From NCBI RefSeq assembly GCF_000011805.1, contig NC_006840.2: a stretch of 32,000 nt of DNA, one strand, 5' to 3'. Each line of letters opens with the position of its first letter. The first letter of the stretch is position 1. Under the pieces are notes generated by a model. The model was not told the DNA's origin, ran no database searches, and was given only the letters and a program-made list of their open reading frames with translations. The DNA is from Aliivibrio fischeri ES114 (GTDB lineage: Bacteria > Pseudomonadota > Gammaproteobacteria > Enterobacterales > Vibrionaceae). Below, in pieces: positions 20,475-32,000 of this stretch. A program made the translations under genes and the position numbers.

Positions 20475-22204
20475 TGAGCGAATTAATTGACGTTAAAACG
20501 ATTTTATCAGGGACAGAGCTTGGTCCACTTGCTGATAACGAGCGATTAAAGCGTGAAAGTAAGTATTTACGTGGCACGATCGTAGAAGATCTCCAAGATC
20601 GAATTACTGGTGGATTTACCAAAGATAATTTTCAGCTGATCCGCTTTCATGGCATGTATCAACAAGATGATCGTGATATTCGTGCTGAGCGTGCGAAACA
20701 AAAATTAGAACCCTTGCATAATGTCATGTTACGAGCTCGTATGCCTGGCGGCATTATTACACCAAAGCAGTGGTTGGCGATTGATAAATTTGCTGAAGAA
20801 CATACCTCTTATGGCAGTTTGCGCTTAACGACACGTCAAACCTTCCAGTTTCATGGTGTGTTAAAACCAAATATTAAATTAATGCATCAAACATTAAACA
20901 GTATCGGTATAGATTCAATTGCGACAGCAGGGGATGTAAACCGAAATGTGTTGTGTACAACTAACCCTGTTGAATCTGAACTTCATCAAGAAGCGTATGA
21001 ATGGGCGAAAAAAATCAGTGAGCATTTATTACCAAAAACACGTGCCTACGCTGAAATTTGGTTAGATGGTGAAAAGCTAGAAACCACGGATGAAGAACCG
21101 ATTTTAGGCAGTAATTATCTGCCTCGTAAATTTAAAACCACCGTTGTTATTCCTCCGCAAAATGATGTGGACGTGCATGCGAATGATTTGAACTTCATTG
21201 CCATTGCAGATAATGGAAAACTGGTTGGCTTTAATGTGCTTGTAGGTGGTGGCCTTGCAATGACACATGGTGATACGGCAACTTACCCACGTAAAGCCGA
21301 TGATTTTGGTTTTGTACCGTTAGATAAAACCCTTGATGTTGCAGCGGCAGTTGTGACTACTCAGCGTGACTGGGGGAACCGTTCAAATCGTAAAAATGCA
21401 AAAACCAAATACACATTAGATCGTGTGGGTTCTGATGTATTTAAAGGGGAAGTTGAAAAACGAGCTGGCGTTCAGTTTGAAAAAAGTCGTCCCTATGAGT
21501 TAACGGAACGTGGTGATCGAATCGGTTGGGTTGAAGGGATTGATGGTAAGCATCACTTAGCATTATTTATTGAAAATGGGCGTTTATTAGATTATCCGGG
21601 AAAACCACTAAAAACAGGTGTGGCTGAAATTGCTAAGGTTCACCAAGGTGATTTTAGAATGACAGCAAACCAAAATTTGATTGTTGCTGGTGTCCCTTCT
21701 GAGCAAAAAGATCATATAGAGCAAATTGCTCGTGCGCATGGTTTGATTGATGATACTCATTCAGAGCAGCGTAAAAATTCAATGGCTTGTGTGGCGTTTC
21801 CTACGTGTCCATTAGCCATGGCGGAAGCCGAGCGTTTCTTACCTGAATTTGTGACTGAAATTGAAGGTGTATTGAAAAAACACAACCTGCCAGAAGAAGA
21901 CAACATTATTTTCCGAGTTACTGGTTGTCCAAATGGTTGTGGCCGAGCAATGTTGGCTGAAATTGGTCTTGTTGGTAAAGCGCCGGGGCGTTATAACTTC
22001 CATCTTGGTGGTAATCGCAGTGGAACTCGAGTTCCTAAAATGTATAAGGAAAACATCACTGACCGCCAAATCCTTACTGAAATTGATCAACTTGTTGGTC
22101 GTTGGGCGACCGAGCGTAATGAAAATGAAGGGTTTGGTGATTTTACGATCCGTGCAGGTATCGTGGATGAAGTGAAGGTATCAAAGAGGGATTTTCATGC
22201 CTAA
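20474..22204 (+). CDS. cysI: sulfite reductase (NADPH) hemoprotein beta subunit
   Basis: 576-aa ORF with [26 protein letters not shown] and [29 protein letters not shown] overlaps the cysJ stop. Confidence 0.98.
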   Translation: MSELIDVKTILSGTELGPLADNERLKRESKYLRGTIVEDLQDRITGGFTKDNFQLIRFHGMYQQDDRDIRAERAKQKLEPLHNVMLRARMPGGIITPKQWLAIDKFAEEHTSYGSLRLTTRQTFQFHGVLKPNIKLMHQTLNSIGIDSIATAGDVNRNVLCTTNPVESELHQEAYEWAKKISEHLLPKTRAYAEIWLDGEKLETTDEEPILGSNYLPRKFKTTVVIPPQNDVDVHANDLNFIAIADNGKLVGFNVLVGGGLAMTHGDTATYPRKADDFGFVPLDKTLDVAAAVVTTQRDWGNRSNRKNAKTKYTLDRVGSDVFKGEVEKRAGVQFEKSRPYELTERGDRIGWVEGIDGKHHLALFIENGRLLDYPGKPLKTGVAEIAKVHQGDFRMTANQNLIVAGVPSEQKDHIEQIARAHGLIDDTHSEQRKNSMACVAFPTCPLAMAEAERFLPEFVTEIEGVLKKHNLPEEDNIIFRVTGCPNGCGRAMLAEIGLVGKAPGRYNFHLGGNRSGTRVPKMYKENITDRQILTEIDQLVGRWATERNENEGFGDFTIRAGIVDEVKVSKRDFHA

Positions 22205-22958
22205 ATTGCAATTATCAGAGCTGTTATCGTTAACCAAGGTTGAGCAAACATTACGTTTAGCTGAGGTTAATGTTGAGCTTGAGAAACTAACAGCCCAAGA
22301 GCGTGTTGTTTGGGCGTTGGAAAACTTAGAAGGTAACCCTGCGTTGTCATCCAGTTTTGGTATTCAAGCTGCGGTGATGTTGCAATTAGTTACTGAAGTA
22401 AAATCAGATACCCCTATTATTTTGACTGATACTGGGTATCTATTTCCTGAAACTTATCAATTTATCGATCAATTAACGGACCGATTGAATTTAAATCTTC
22501 ATGTCTTTACTGCGGATGAGAGCCCAAATTGGCAAGAGGCCCGTTATGGTAAATTATGGGAGCAAGGTGTAGAAGGCATTGAGAAATATAATAAACTCAA
22601 TAAAGTTCAGCCGATGCGTCGTGCTTTAGATCAACTTGAAATTGGAGTTTGGTTTTCAGGGTTACGTCGAGAGCAATCGGGTTCTCGAGCAAATTTACCT
22701 ATTTTAAGTATCCAAAATGGCGTTTTTAAATTCCTCCCAGTCTTAGATTGGACAAATAAAGAAGTTCATTACTTTTTGAAAGAGTACGACTTACCTTACC
22801 ATCCATTATGGGACCAAGGGTATTTATCTGTTGGTGATACACACACAACTCAGAAATGGGAACCGGGAATGAGCGAAGAGGAAACTCGATTTTTTGGCTT
22901 GAAGCGGGAGTGTGGATTACATGAAGATGACGGTGAACTTGATGGTTCTGGAATTTAA
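22197..22958 (+). CDS. cysH: phosphoadenylyl-sulfate (PAPS) reductase
   Basis: 253-aa ORF with [24 protein letters not shown], and C-terminal [18 protein letters not shown]. Overlaps cysI by 8 nt. Confidence 0.97.
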   Translation: MPKLQLSELLSLTKVEQTLRLAEVNVELEKLTAQERVVWALENLEGNPALSSSFGIQAAVMLQLVTEVKSDTPIILTDTGYLFPETYQFIDQLTDRLNLNLHVFTADESPNWQEARYGKLWEQGVEGIEKYNKLNKVQPMRRALDQLEIGVWFSGLRREQSGSRANLPILSIQNGVFKFLPVLDWTNKEVHYFLKEYDLPYHPLWDQGYLSVGDTHTTQKWEPGMSEEETRFFGLKRECGLHEDDGELDGSGI

Positions 22959-22994
22959 ATGATAAAACTATCATTAAGTAAATTTAATTGGATT

Positions 22995-23023
22995 AAAAGG
23001 CAGCGATAACGCTGCCTTTATTT
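22995..23023 (+). terminator. intrinsic terminator of cysJIH
   Basis: AAAGGCAGCG-ATAA-CGCTGCCTTTATTTAT. Confidence 0.85.
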
Positions 23024-23045
23024 ATCTTGATTGTTTATAACTTCA

Positions 23046-23516
23046 TTATTTCCAAAGAGAAGTTAATGAATCTAGTAAACCAGAACTTGCATTTTGAGAG
23101 CTTAAGTACTCAGTAATTACAGGAGTAAATTGCGAGATCAAAGCCGGGTCTAATCCAAGAGCTGAAAAAGCTGCTTTTACACTATCCATATTTGAAATCA
23201 TGCTGCTTAATCCACCAGGAATTGCTCCCGTTAGAGATTCAAGACCAGGGATCATACTATTTAATTCAGAGCTTTCAGAATCCGATAGGCCATTACCTGC
23301 CATCGCTAATAGAGCGCCAGCACCGCCAGCAGCTTGATCAGCTGAGATATCAAGGTTTTCAGTTAACATTCCAACTAATGGATTGGAAGCGGTTGTCTCT
23401 TCTGTTTTGACATCGTCACTGCCACCAAAAAGATTAGAAAGAAAAGCATTAGCTGGTGCAGCTGCTGTGAGTGAAAGTGCAAGCGTTGATAAGATTAGCG
23501 TTTTTTTCATTGTCAT
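23046..23516 (-). CDS. secreted DUF2780-like (VcgC/VcgE) protein
   Basis: 156-aa ORF with signal peptide, Gly/Ser/Leu-rich, with LTENLDISADQAAGGAGALLAMA and FSALGLDPALISQFTPVITEYL typical of this family. Confidence 0.72.
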   Translation of the reverse strand: MTMKKTLILSTLALSLTAAAPANAFLSNLFGGSDDVKTEETTASNPLVGMLTENLDISADQAAGGAGALLAMAGNGLSDSESSELNSMIPGLESLTGAIPGGLSSMISNMDSVKAAFSALGLDPALISQFTPVITEYLSSQNASSGLLDSLTSLWK

Positions 23517-23572
23517 TTCCTTTTAACATATCAATATTGTTTTTGTAACATTGTAGTTAGAGTATGACACAA

Positions 23573-23605
23573 AAAAAAGCGATACCCATAGGCATCGCTT
23601 TTTAA
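23573..23605. terminator. bidirectional-looking intrinsic terminator (downstream of fklB)
   Basis: AAAAGCGATACC-CATA-GGCATCGCTTTTT with A run on one side and T run on the other. Confidence 0.72.
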
Positions 23606-23633
23606 TTTTATATTTAACCTTTTTTGAGAAAGA

Positions 23634-24254
23634 TTAAAGGATATCTAGTAGTTCAACTTCAAATACTAGAGCAGCATATGGAGGGATTGCAGCACCAGCG
23701 CCACGCTCACCGTATGCTAGGTTTTGTGGAATAGAAAGTTTCCACTTAGAACCTACAGGCATTAGTTGAAGAGCTTCAACCCAACCAGCGATAACGCCAG
23801 TTACTGGGAATTCAGCAGGTTGGCCACGTTCTACAGAGCTATCGAATACAGCACCGTTAGTTAGCATACCGTGGTAGTGAACACGTACTGTTTTATCAGA
23901 AGTTGGAATTTCACCAGTACCTTCAGTTAGTACTTCATATTGAAGGCCTGACTCTAGTACAGTTACTTCTGGACGAAGTGCGTTATCAGCTAGGAAAGCT
24001 TCGCCTTCAGCTGCAGCAGCTTTTGAAGCTTCTGCACGAGCTTCTTCAGCACGCATGTGAAGTGCTTGAAGTGCTTCGTTGATAGCGTCAACTTCGATTT
24101 CTGGCATATCACCAGTTAGTGAAGTTGCGATACCTTTAGCGATAGCAGCAACGTTTAGGCCTTCAAGACCTGATTGTGCTAGTTGCTGGCCCATTTGAAG
24201 ACCAATACCGTAGCTTGCTCTTTGTTCTACTGTTTCTAATTTTACTTCAGACAT
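23634..24254 (-). CDS. fklB: FKBP-type peptidyl-prolyl cis-trans isomerase
   Basis: 206-aa ORF with N-terminal SYGIGLQMGQQL dimerisation region, VRVHYHGMLTNGAVFDSSVERGQPAEFPVTGVIAGWVEALQLMPVGSKW and IPPYAALVFEVELLDIL. Confidence 0.9.
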   Translation of the reverse strand: MSEVKLETVEQRASYGIGLQMGQQLAQSGLEGLNVAAIAKGIATSLTGDMPEIEVDAINEALQALHMRAEEARAEASKAAAAEGEAFLADNALRPEVTVLESGLQYEVLTEGTGEIPTSDKTVRVHYHGMLTNGAVFDSSVERGQPAEFPVTGVIAGWVEALQLMPVGSKWKLSIPQNLAYGERGAGAAIPPYAALVFEVELLDIL

Positions 24255-24393
24255 ACAGTCTCTCTTTCTTTATATGGTATAAACGAAAGCATAAAGGATA
24301 CAGAGATCTAAGCTTAAGGTAAACTTTTGTACTTCTTTGAACTCTGATATTAGAATAAAACGTGAGCTCACCAGTTTCGCATGAGGCGATGGT

Positions 24394-25044
24394 ATGAATA
24401 AAAAGAAAAAAATGAATGTAAAGCGCCCAGATTTTTCTGAGCAATTGGCTAATTTAAAGGAAAAGTGTGGGCCTCTTATTGAAAAAGTTGCACCTTATTG
24501 GCAGCGATTACCTCAATTTCACCAAAAAGCATTACGCATTTTAGTTCCTGTTACCTTTGTTTTAATTTTATTACCAAGTGGTGCAGAGGAAGAAGTAGAT
24601 AGTATTCAGCCTACCGTGATCCCTGCGCCTGAAATGCAGAGACAAAGTGTCAGCCTAAACCTTGAAGGGCTAAGTGAACAAGAGGCATCATCAAACCGTA
24701 ATCAAAGAGAAACGAGAGTCAATAGAGAAGAAAAAGTACCAACTCAAACAGCCTCTATTGAAAAAGAAACAACGGCTGTTGAAGCCAAATGGCACGATTA
24801 TCAAATTCAAGAAGGTGATACCCTTTATCAGGTATTTAGAAAAAATAATCTGCCATTAACTGAATTAAATAAAGTGGTGAAAATTGAAGGTGCAGATAAA
24901 CCATTAAGTAATATTAAGAAAGGTCAACTGTTTCGCTTTAAACTCAATCGACAAGGCGATCTAGATATCGTACAAATAGAACGTGATGGTCAAGCGATCA
25001 TGTACTTTAGAATGTCCGATGGTAATTTTGGACGCAGTAAATAA
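24394..25044 (+). CDS. OapA-family / LysM-like peptidoglycan-binding domain protein
   Basis: 216-aa ORF with N-terminal basic region, one TM helix (ILVPVTFVLILLPSGA), and C-terminal WHDYQIQEGDTLYQVFRKNNLPLTELNKVVKIEGADKPLSNIKKGQLFRFKLNRQGDL. Confidence 0.78.
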   Translation: MNKKKKMNVKRPDFSEQLANLKEKCGPLIEKVAPYWQRLPQFHQKALRILVPVTFVLILLPSGAEEEVDSIQPTVIPAPEMQRQSVSLNLEGLSEQEASSNRNQRETRVNREEKVPTQTASIEKETTAVEAKWHDYQIQEGDTLYQVFRKNNLPLTELNKVVKIEGADKPLSNIKKGQLFRFKLNRQGDLDIVQIERDGQAIMYFRMSDGNFGRSK

Positions 25045-25080
25045 TCTCTCTTTTTACTATCTTCCTCTTATGTTCTTTAA

Positions 25081-25923
25081 TCACGTTTTAGGCATAAGAG
25101 GAATGACAATCAATGCAATCCCCACTGCTGTTAATATGTCTGGGATCTCGTCAAACCAAATCACACCAAATATAACCACAAAAATTAATCCTGAATATTC
25201 AGCCAAAGAAATCTGAGTAGCAGGAGCTTTTTTGTATGCAATGGTCGCTAACCCATTATAACTAATAATAAAAGTTGCGCTCAGAGCAATCCAAAGAACT
25301 TCATGATAATGCAATGGTTGCCAATAAAGCCAAGCTAAACCACCTGAAACGGGTAAGGATAATAATGTCGTCCAAAATAGTGTGGTAATAACGGATTGAT
25401 CGTTAGGTATTTTTCTTACCAAAATATTATATAACGCCAATGTTGTTGCGGTTCCTAAAGCAAAAATAGCAGCCCAGTGGAATTGAGAAGGACGAAGAAT
25501 AATAAGAGCCCCTAAAAACCCGACTATGGTTTGAAATATTTTCTTTGTCGATGGCTTTTCATTAAGCAAGAGTATTGAAAGCGGGATCATTAACAATGGT
25601 GCAGTATAAAAAACAGCATTGGCAGTCGCTAAAGTTAAGTAGGTGATTGATACCACCATACAACCACTACCAATTAAAAGAACATGAGCTCGTATTAGCG
25701 TTACTTTAGGGTTGCTTAAGCATCTTAATTTGGGTTGTTGATGAAACCAAAAAGGAAACAGAAGAGCGAGTGAGATCAATTGACGCAGAAATATATATTG
25801 AAAAGGCGAGACTCCACCATCCAATACTTTAACTGCAACATCAGAAAGTGAAGCAAGTAAGTTACCTAATATCAATAAGATAATAGCTAAATGAGTAGGA
25901 GCCATCATTGATCTCATACTCAT
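25081..25923 (-). CDS. EamA/DMT-superfamily permease
   Basis: 280-aa ORF with about 10 predicted TM segments and duplicated EamA-like halves (LASLSDVAVKVLDGGVSPFQYIFLRQLISL; TTLALYNILVRKI). Confidence 0.85.
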   Translation of the reverse strand: MSMRSMMAPTHLAIILLILGNLLASLSDVAVKVLDGGVSPFQYIFLRQLISLALLFPFWFHQQPKLRCLSNPKVTLIRAHVLLIGSGCMVVSITYLTLATANAVFYTAPLLMIPLSILLLNEKPSTKKIFQTIVGFLGALIILRPSQFHWAAIFALGTATTLALYNILVRKIPNDQSVITTLFWTTLLSLPVSGGLAWLYWQPLHYHEVLWIALSATFIISYNGLATIAYKKAPATQISLAEYSGLIFVVIFGVIWFDEIPDILTAVGIALIVIPLMPKT

Positions 25924-25924
25924 C

Positions 25925-26377
25925 TTATTTTTCTAAACGCATATCAACATGAGGAATATCATCCTCAAGATACATATCAGAAATTACCTGAAATCCATGT
26001 TTTTGATAAAAGTGAGTTAGATGTTCTTGAGCACCAATATCAATCGTCTCTCCTGGCCATAATTCTTCACAACACGCTAAAGCTTGTGATAGCAGTTTAT
26101 GTCCTAAACCATCACCTCTTGCAGTGCCTTTGGTTGCAACTCGTCCAATACTGACATTGATATAACTGGTACCAGCTGGCAGCAATCGAGCGCAGGCTAT
26201 AATTTCATTATCTTTAGTGCCAATTAAATGATAAACCCCATCTTGGCAATCTTTGCCATCAAGTTCTGGGTAAGGGCAGGTTTGTTCTACAACAAAAACA
26301 TCGACTCTTAAACGAAGTAATTCATAGAGTTGAGAGGTGGTTAATTCGGTAAATGGTATTTTTTGCCAATGGATCAT
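25925..26377 (-). CDS. elaA: ElaA-type GNAT acetyltransferase
   Basis: 150-aa ORF with YELLRLRVDVFVVEQTCPYPELDGKD, VSIGRVATKGTARGDGLGHKLL and YQKHGFQVISDMYLEDDIPHVDM. Confidence 0.85.
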   Translation of the reverse strand: MIHWQKIPFTELTTSQLYELLRLRVDVFVVEQTCPYPELDGKDCQDGVYHLIGTKDNEIIACARLLPAGTSYINVSIGRVATKGTARGDGLGHKLLSQALACCEELWPGETIDIGAQEHLTHFYQKHGFQVISDMYLEDDIPHVDMRLEK

Positions 26378-26443
26378 GGAATTTATCTCAGTGAAAACGA
26401 AGAGTATCCAAGATACCTATGTTCACTTTTTTTGGCATTAACC

Positions 26444-27013
26444 TTATGTTAACTTTTTAATTCTGTTTTTTATTCGACTTAAGCTGATATGAGTTATGCC
26501 AAGGTAAGCGGCAACTTGGTAATCGTTGAGTTGGGCTAATAGTTCTGGATAATTTTGACAGAAAACCTCGTAACGAGCTTGAGGAGAGTGTAATAACATA
26601 AAGCGTTCTTTTCTTTCTTTATACAAAAGTTGTGTTTCTAATAACTTGATATAAAGAGGGAGAGCATTTTTTCGCCATCTATCCAGTAGAGAGATAGGCA
26701 ATGTTATTAAACTTGTTTGAGTGATGGTTTCAAGAGTGTAGGGAGATGACGTTTGGTCTAATAATTCTTCAAAGCCAACAACCCAATCTCCTTTCCAATA
26801 AAATTCTTTACTAAATTGCTTGCCTTGTTCGGTGAGATAACAAGAATGACAAAACCCATCAATAAGAAAATAGAATTCATTAGCAACATTATTTTGTTTG
26901 ATAAGTATAGACTTAGCAGGAAGAGTTTTTAGCTTACCTAACTTAACTATTTGAGATATTTCATGGGGAGTAAACCCGTGTGATTCCAGTTGAGTGGTAA
27001 AAAGATCATTCAT
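26444..27013 (-). CDS. Crp/Fnr-family cyclic-nucleotide-binding-domain transcriptional regulator
   Basis: 189-aa ORF with cNMP-like fold (KTLPAKSILIKQNNVANEFYFLIDGFC) and C-terminal HTH (LNDYQVAAYLGITHISLSRIKNRIKK). Confidence 0.82.
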   Translation of the reverse strand: MNDLFTTQLESHGFTPHEISQIVKLGKLKTLPAKSILIKQNNVANEFYFLIDGFCHSCYLTEQGKQFSKEFYWKGDWVVGFEELLDQTSSPYTLETITQTSLITLPISLLDRWRKNALPLYIKLLETQLLYKERKERFMLLHSPQARYEVFCQNYPELLAQLNDYQVAAYLGITHISLSRIKNRIKKLT

Positions 27014-27073
27014 AGTTAAGTACTTTTATTATTAGAAGATGATGTTTTAATAGTGGAAAACTTAGCATACAGA

Positions 27074-27108
27074 TAAAAAAATAGCATGGTGAAATCACCA
27101 TGCTATTT
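27074..27108 (-). terminator. intrinsic terminator of cpdB
   Basis: Perfect 13-bp stem AAATAGCATGGTG-AAAT-CACCATGCTATTT at 27079-27108, with T run on the minus strand. Confidence 0.9.
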
Positions 27109-27129
27109 GTTTTGTAAAAGAGATGAATT

Positions 27130-29112
27130 TTATTTTGCTAAGTTAAGTTGATATACAGCAAAACCAACATCATCAGTCGCAACACGTTTCATTGGGTATT
27201 GACCTTTATCTTTAATAAACTGAGTTGCTTTTTCGCTTGGTGATGTTTCAAAGCGAATATCCAGTTTTTCGCCATTTTTTATTGGTGCGAAAGACCAGTT
27301 ATTATCAGCTGATGGTTGAACTTGACCTGCCTCTTTACTAACTCGAGAAATGTAGTTAGCAAGAACGGTACGGTTTTCATCTGGAGAATCAAAAGCGATG
27401 AAATCAGCCCCCGTGCCTGGGAACTTATTGCTGTAAGCTCGGTAGTTATTAGTTGCGATCAGGAAGTCTTGCTTCGCATCAATTGGTTTGCCTTGGTATG
27501 TTAAACCGATGATACGCTCAGAACCTTCATTAATTAAATTACAGTCACCGTCATATTTTGCTGGTTGAGTAATGTCAATTTGGTAGTTAACACCATCAAT
27601 GACATCAAAGTTATACGTACGGAAACCATCCCAATCAATTAACTGTTGAGGTGCAGTACTGTTGATGTCGATTTGTTTAAATTGACCAGCAGAGCATTCA
27701 AGCCACTCTTTTACTTCTTTACCCGTTACTTTCATTGCAACTAAGGTATTCGGGTATAGGTATAAATCAGCCGCATTACGGAACGTCAATTGGCCTGATT
27801 CAACTTCTGTAAAGTTTGTTGGATCATTTCCACGACCGCCAGCTTTGAATGGCGCTGCCGCAGAAAGTACTGGAGTACCATCTAAATCAGGGTCGCCTTG
27901 AATGAAGCGTTCAACGTAATCTTTTTGTGCAAGATTAACGATTTGAACGGTAGGATCATCTTGAACTAAAGCTAAGAAGCTATACATAACATCATCAGCT
28001 TTACCAATTGGCTGGTTAACGAAATCACGCGTGCCTTTATGATCCGCTTCTAAAGCTTGTACGATGCCTTTATCAGCGTCAGCCAGTGATTTCTGATTTG
28101 TTTTATCAAAAATAGGGCGAGCTTCTGATTGACCTTTTACTACACTCCATTTGCCATCTTTTTGCTCAAGAGTTAAATCCATTACACCAACATGGCTACC
28201 CCAGCGGCCAGGCATAACAGCAGCAACGCCGTTAATTGTACCGTTTTCGTTATCAATACCTTGCAGGTTATCGAACCCTTTTCCTGGGAAAACCGCATGT
28301 GAGTGACCAAAGGCAATAGCATCAATACCGTCTACTTCAGAAAGGTAGTAGGTTGAGTTTTCTTCACCTTGTTTGTATGGATTCGTTGATACGCCAGAGT
28401 GAGGAATTGCAACGATAACATCAGCACCTTCTGCTTTCATTTGAGGTACTAATTCTTCTGCTGTTTCTTTTATGTCACGAGCAAAAACTTTACCTTCAAG
28501 ATTCTTTTTATCCCATACCATGATTTGTGGTGGAACAAATCCGATGTAGCCGACTTTGATTTCGTGCTCTACACCTGCAGTATCTTTTAGTTTATGAGTT
28601 TTAATGATGTATGGTTTGAAATAATGCTCTTTTGTTTTTGCATCATAAACGTTCGCACTGATGTATGGGAAATCAGCATCATTAATTGATTCTGCTAAAA
28701 ACTCTAAACCGTAGTTAAATTCGTGGTTACCAATATTACCTGCATCGTAATCTAATTGATTCATCGCTTTATATGCAGGGTGAACTTCACCAGCTTCAAT
28801 GCCTTTATCTGCCATGTAGTCACCCATTGGACTACCTTGCAATAAATCACCATTATCAACTAAAACACTGTTTGTTACTTCAGCACGTGCTTCTTTTACC
28901 AATGTTGCTGTACGAGCTAAACCAATTTTTTGAGTCGGTTTATCTTTGTAGTAGTCATAATCCATAAGGTTAGTATGGATGTCTGTTGTTTCTACCACTC
29001 GTAGATTAATAACTTCATCGGTATCGGTAACTGTTGGGCTACAACCTGAAAGGGTAAGTAGACCTAGACCAGCTAATACTGCAATTGAAACAGGTTTTGC
29101 TGAGAGGTTCAT
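27130..29112 (-). CDS. cpdB: 2',3'-cyclic-nucleotide 2'-phosphodiesterase / 3'-nucleotidase, periplasmic
   Basis: ORF track extends to 29139, but the signal peptide [25 protein letters not shown] begins at ATG 29112. Contains [47 protein letters not shown] and [10 protein letters not shown] lipobox-like LSGC is present. Confidence 0.93.
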   Translation of the reverse strand: MNLSAKPVSIAVLAGLGLLTLSGCSPTVTDTDEVINLRVVETTDIHTNLMDYDYYKDKPTQKIGLARTATLVKEARAEVTNSVLVDNGDLLQGSPMGDYMADKGIEAGEVHPAYKAMNQLDYDAGNIGNHEFNYGLEFLAESINDADFPYISANVYDAKTKEHYFKPYIIKTHKLKDTAGVEHEIKVGYIGFVPPQIMVWDKKNLEGKVFARDIKETAEELVPQMKAEGADVIVAIPHSGVSTNPYKQGEENSTYYLSEVDGIDAIAFGHSHAVFPGKGFDNLQGIDNENGTINGVAAVMPGRWGSHVGVMDLTLEQKDGKWSVVKGQSEARPIFDKTNQKSLADADKGIVQALEADHKGTRDFVNQPIGKADDVMYSFLALVQDDPTVQIVNLAQKDYVERFIQGDPDLDGTPVLSAAAPFKAGGRGNDPTNFTEVESGQLTFRNAADLYLYPNTLVAMKVTGKEVKEWLECSAGQFKQIDINSTAPQQLIDWDGFRTYNFDVIDGVNYQIDITQPAKYDGDCNLINEGSERIIGLTYQGKPIDAKQDFLIATNNYRAYSNKFPGTGADFIAFDSPDENRTVLANYISRVSKEAGQVQPSADNNWSFAPIKNGEKLDIRFETSPSEKATQFIKDKGQYPMKRVATDDVGFAVYQLNLAK

Positions 29113-29520
29113 AGTGTGTCTCCAAAAGGTGATAATCATAAAAGCGCCAATAAGATAACAGATTGGCTATGTTATAAATGTAACTGGCCTCTCAATGTGT
29201 GCAGTTGATCTTGTTTCAGTACGCTTTATGGTAATCAGATCACAGCTTTATTTTTAATTAGTTAGCCATGCTATCGACCGATATTTTGATTTTCCCTTCT
29301 CGATTTTTCTTTATTTTTTCTGAATGAAACGCATTAATTTTTTTGCGTTAGCATTAAATCGAATAAAAAATGAAATTTTAGAATTTCAGGTAATAAAGTA
29401 ACCCGTCTATAGTGGTTTTATTGGAATGACAATTCGCCGCCTGCAACGATAAAAAGAAGTGTTAAGACTATCACCAGAAGCAGGAGCCATTACCAAATTT
29501 AGCCTAAAGGACAAAAGCAC

Positions 29521-30429
29521 ATGGACGCAAAACGATTGACCCACCTTCAGCAACTAGAAGCGGAGAGTATTCATATTATTCGCGAAGTGGCAGCTGAATT
29601 TGATAACCCTGTAATGATGTACTCGATTGGTAAAGATTCATCAGTGATGCTGCATTTAGCTCGTAAAGCATTTTATCCAGGAAAGATCCCATTCCCACTT
29701 CTTCATGTTGATACCGATTGGAAATTCAAAGAGATGATTGAATTTCGTGATAAAACAGCAGAAAAATACGGTTTTGACCTATTGGTACACAAAAACCCTG
29801 AAGGGTTAGAAATGGGCATTAATCCGTTTGTGCATGGATCATCAAAGCACACCGATATCATGAAAACACAAGGTTTGAAACAAGCATTAAATAAATACGG
29901 ATTTGATGCGGCTTTTGGTGGAGCTCGTCGTGATGAAGAAAAGTCACGCGCCAAAGAACGTGTTTATTCATTTAGAGATAAAAACCATACATGGGATCCA
30001 AAAAATCAACGCCCTGAGTTATGGAATACGTATAACGGACAAGTCAATAAAGGGGAAAGTATTCGAGTATTCCCGCTTTCAAACTGGACTGAGTTGGACA
30101 TTTGGCAATACATCTATTTAGAAAATATTGAAATTGTTCCTCTGTATTTATCAGAGAAACGCCCAGTAGTTGAGCGTGATGGCATGTTGATCATGGTAGA
30201 CGATGAGCGCTTAAAACTGGAAGAAGGTGAAGAGATCCAACATAAAGATATTCGTTTTAGAACTCTAGGTTGTTATCCATTAACAGGCGCGGTGGAATCA
30301 AAAGCGAATACATTGCCTGAAATTATTGAAGAGATGTTAGTTGCGACCTCCAGTGAGCGTCAAGGACGAGCGATAGATCATGATTCATCTGGCTCCATGG
30401 AGCTCAAGAAGCGTCAAGGTTACTTTTAA
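29521..30429 (+). CDS. cysD: sulfate adenylyltransferase subunit 2
   Basis: 302-aa ORF with [58 protein letters not shown] and LKKRQGYF. Confidence 0.98.
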   Translation: MDAKRLTHLQQLEAESIHIIREVAAEFDNPVMMYSIGKDSSVMLHLARKAFYPGKIPFPLLHVDTDWKFKEMIEFRDKTAEKYGFDLLVHKNPEGLEMGINPFVHGSSKHTDIMKTQGLKQALNKYGFDAAFGGARRDEEKSRAKERVYSFRDKNHTWDPKNQRPELWNTYNGQVNKGESIRVFPLSNWTELDIWQYIYLENIEIVPLYLSEKRPVVERDGMLIMVDDERLKLEEGEEIQHKDIRFRTLGCYPLTGAVESKANTLPEIIEEMLVATSSERQGRAIDHDSSGSMELKKRQGYF

Positions 30430-30458
30430 TATCAGGCATCTAAGGAAGGATTAAATAA

Positions 30459-31895
30459 ATGAATAGTGCAGTAGAGCAACAACTGGCAGAGCTTGGTATT
30501 GAAGCTTATTTAAAAGAACATCAATACAAATCATTACTTCGTTTTTTAACGTGTGGATCAGTAGATGATGGTAAAAGTACCCTCATAGGCCGATTACTCC
30601 ATGATTCAAAACAAATCTATGCAGATCAACTAGATGCAGTTCATGCTGACAGCCAACGAGTGGGTACTACGGGTGAGCGTCCAGATTTAGCTTTATTGGT
30701 TGATGGCCTGCAAGCTGAACGTGAGCAAGGTATTACGATTGATGTGGCATATCGTTACTTCTCAACTCAAAAACGTAAATTCATCATTGCAGATACGCCA
30801 GGGCATGAGCAATACACTCGTAATATGGCTACGGGCGCATCAACCTGTAATGTCGCCGTGATTTTGATTGATGCTCGTAAAGGGGTGCTTGATCAAACTC
30901 GCCGTCACTCTTATATCGCAAATCTTCTTGGTATTCGTCATTTTGTAGTAGCTGTGAATAAAATGGATTTAGTTGAATATTCTCAATCTCGTTTTGAAGA
31001 GATTAAAGAGGAATACTTAGCTTTTTCTAAGAAATTGAATAATCCAAATTTAGATATTTCTATTTTACCTTTATCTGCATTAGAAGGAGATAACGTAGTA
31101 AATCCAAGTGATGCATTATCTTGGTATCAAGGTGAACCACTATTAGAAGTCCTTGAGAATGTGGATATTGATGCAGATAAAGGCAATGGTGAGTTTAGAT
31201 TCCCTGTGCAATACGTTAATCGTCCAAACTTAGATTTTCGTGGTTTTGCTGGAACGGTCTCTTCTGGTGGAATTTCTGTTGGTGATGAAATTGTGGCTTT
31301 ACCATCAGGTAAAAAATCGAAAGTCGCTCGTATTGTTACCTTTGATGGTGATTTAACATCTGCTCAAGCAGGCCAAGCGGTAACGCTAACACTTGAGGAT
31401 GAAATTGATATTAGTCGTGGTGACTTGTTAGTTAAATCACAGTCGAACTTGCAAGCCACGGATCAGTTTAAAGCTGAGATTGTATGGATGACGGAAAAAG
31501 GATTAGAACCGGGTCGTCAATACGATATTAAAATTGCAGGCAAGAAAACCGTTGGGCAAATTGATGCTATTCACCATCAAGTGAACATCAACAGTCTAGA
31601 AAAGTTTGATACTCAAGAGTTGCCGCTGAATGGTATTGGTTTATGTGATGTATCGTTAACGGAAACCGTGAGTTTAGATCGTTATCAAGATTGCGCAGAT
31701 ACTGGCGGGTTTATTTTTATTGATCGTCTAACTAATGTAACGGTAGGGGCTGGGATGATCCAAAACCTATCTGATTTGAGTGAGAGTAAGCCAATTAATG
31801 ACAATATCAGTGCGTTTGAAATTGAGCTAAATGCGTTAATTCGTAAGCACTTCCCGCATTGGGAAACCAAAGATATTTCTAAGCTTTTAGGCTAA
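30459..31895 (+). CDS. cysN: sulfate adenylyltransferase subunit 1 (GTPase)
   Basis: 478-aa ORF with [36 protein letters not shown] and NKMDLV. Confidence 0.98.
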   Translation: MNSAVEQQLAELGIEAYLKEHQYKSLLRFLTCGSVDDGKSTLIGRLLHDSKQIYADQLDAVHADSQRVGTTGERPDLALLVDGLQAEREQGITIDVAYRYFSTQKRKFIIADTPGHEQYTRNMATGASTCNVAVILIDARKGVLDQTRRHSYIANLLGIRHFVVAVNKMDLVEYSQSRFEEIKEEYLAFSKKLNNPNLDISILPLSALEGDNVVNPSDALSWYQGEPLLEVLENVDIDADKGNGEFRFPVQYVNRPNLDFRGFAGTVSSGGISVGDEIVALPSGKKSKVARIVTFDGDLTSAQAGQAVTLTLEDEIDISRGDLLVKSQSNLQATDQFKAEIVWMTEKGLEPGRQYDIKIAGKKTVGQIDAIHHQVNINSLEKFDTQELPLNGIGLCDVSLTETVSLDRYQDCADTGGFIFIDRLTNVTVGAGMIQNLSDLSESKPINDNISAFEIELNALIRKHFPHWETKDISKLLG

Positions 31896-31906
31896 GGACT
31901 GTCACT

Positions 31907-32000
31907 ATGGCATGGGAACAAGGATTCGTTCTGGCGTTATTAACTCTGATTATTGTGAGTTTATTGGCAAGTAAGTTAAAACCAAGCGTCATATTTGCAG
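31907..32000 (+). CDS. 5' end of a probable SLC13-like anion permease (truncated by window edge)
   Basis: ATG at 31907 gives MAWEQGFVLALLTLIIVSLLASKLKPSVIFA, an N-terminal TM segment directly after cysN. The assignment rests mainly on synteny with Vibrio cys clusters. Confidence 0.6.
   Translation, partial: MAWEQGFVLALLTLIIVSLLASKLKPSVIFA

Noticed and set aside
25081-27013. EamA-elaA-Crp/Fnr-type cluster as a new regulated module
   Set aside because: EamA and elaA are nearly contiguous and probably co-transcribed, but all are common widespread families. No shared motif or unusual architecture supports a distinct system.

Overview
This 32 kb window looks like ordinary, compact, low-GC chromosomal DNA of a Vibrionaceae member. 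The gene content and protein sequences resemble Aliivibrio, but that genus assignment is an inference. I see no phage, transposon, integron, CRISPR, toxin-antitoxin or defence island. Gene order: leuB and leuA (-) with a readable leu attenuator and 20-aa leader peptide; a TetR regulator-MFP-RND efflux operon (+); a DUF481-like outer-membrane protein (-); dnaB-alr-POTRA-less Omp85-like barrel (+); pgi (+); cheX and zur (-); dusA (+); a TIGR04219-like outer-membrane barrel (+); a small conserved-looking ORF (+); cysJIH (+); a DUF2780-like lipo/secreted protein and fklB (-); an OapA/LysM-like protein (+); an EamA transporter, elaA and a Crp/Fnr-type regulator (-); cpdB (-); and cysD-cysN-SLC13-like permease start (+). 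I did not find a convincing undescribed multi-gene system. The most useful second-look items are small: the unannotated leuL attenuator, paired TTAATCA-N2-TGATTAA operators in front of the TetR/RND operon, a 7-bp tandem repeat in the cheX 3' region, a degenerate internal duplication in the DUF481-like protein, and an Omp85 barrel translationally overlapping alr.
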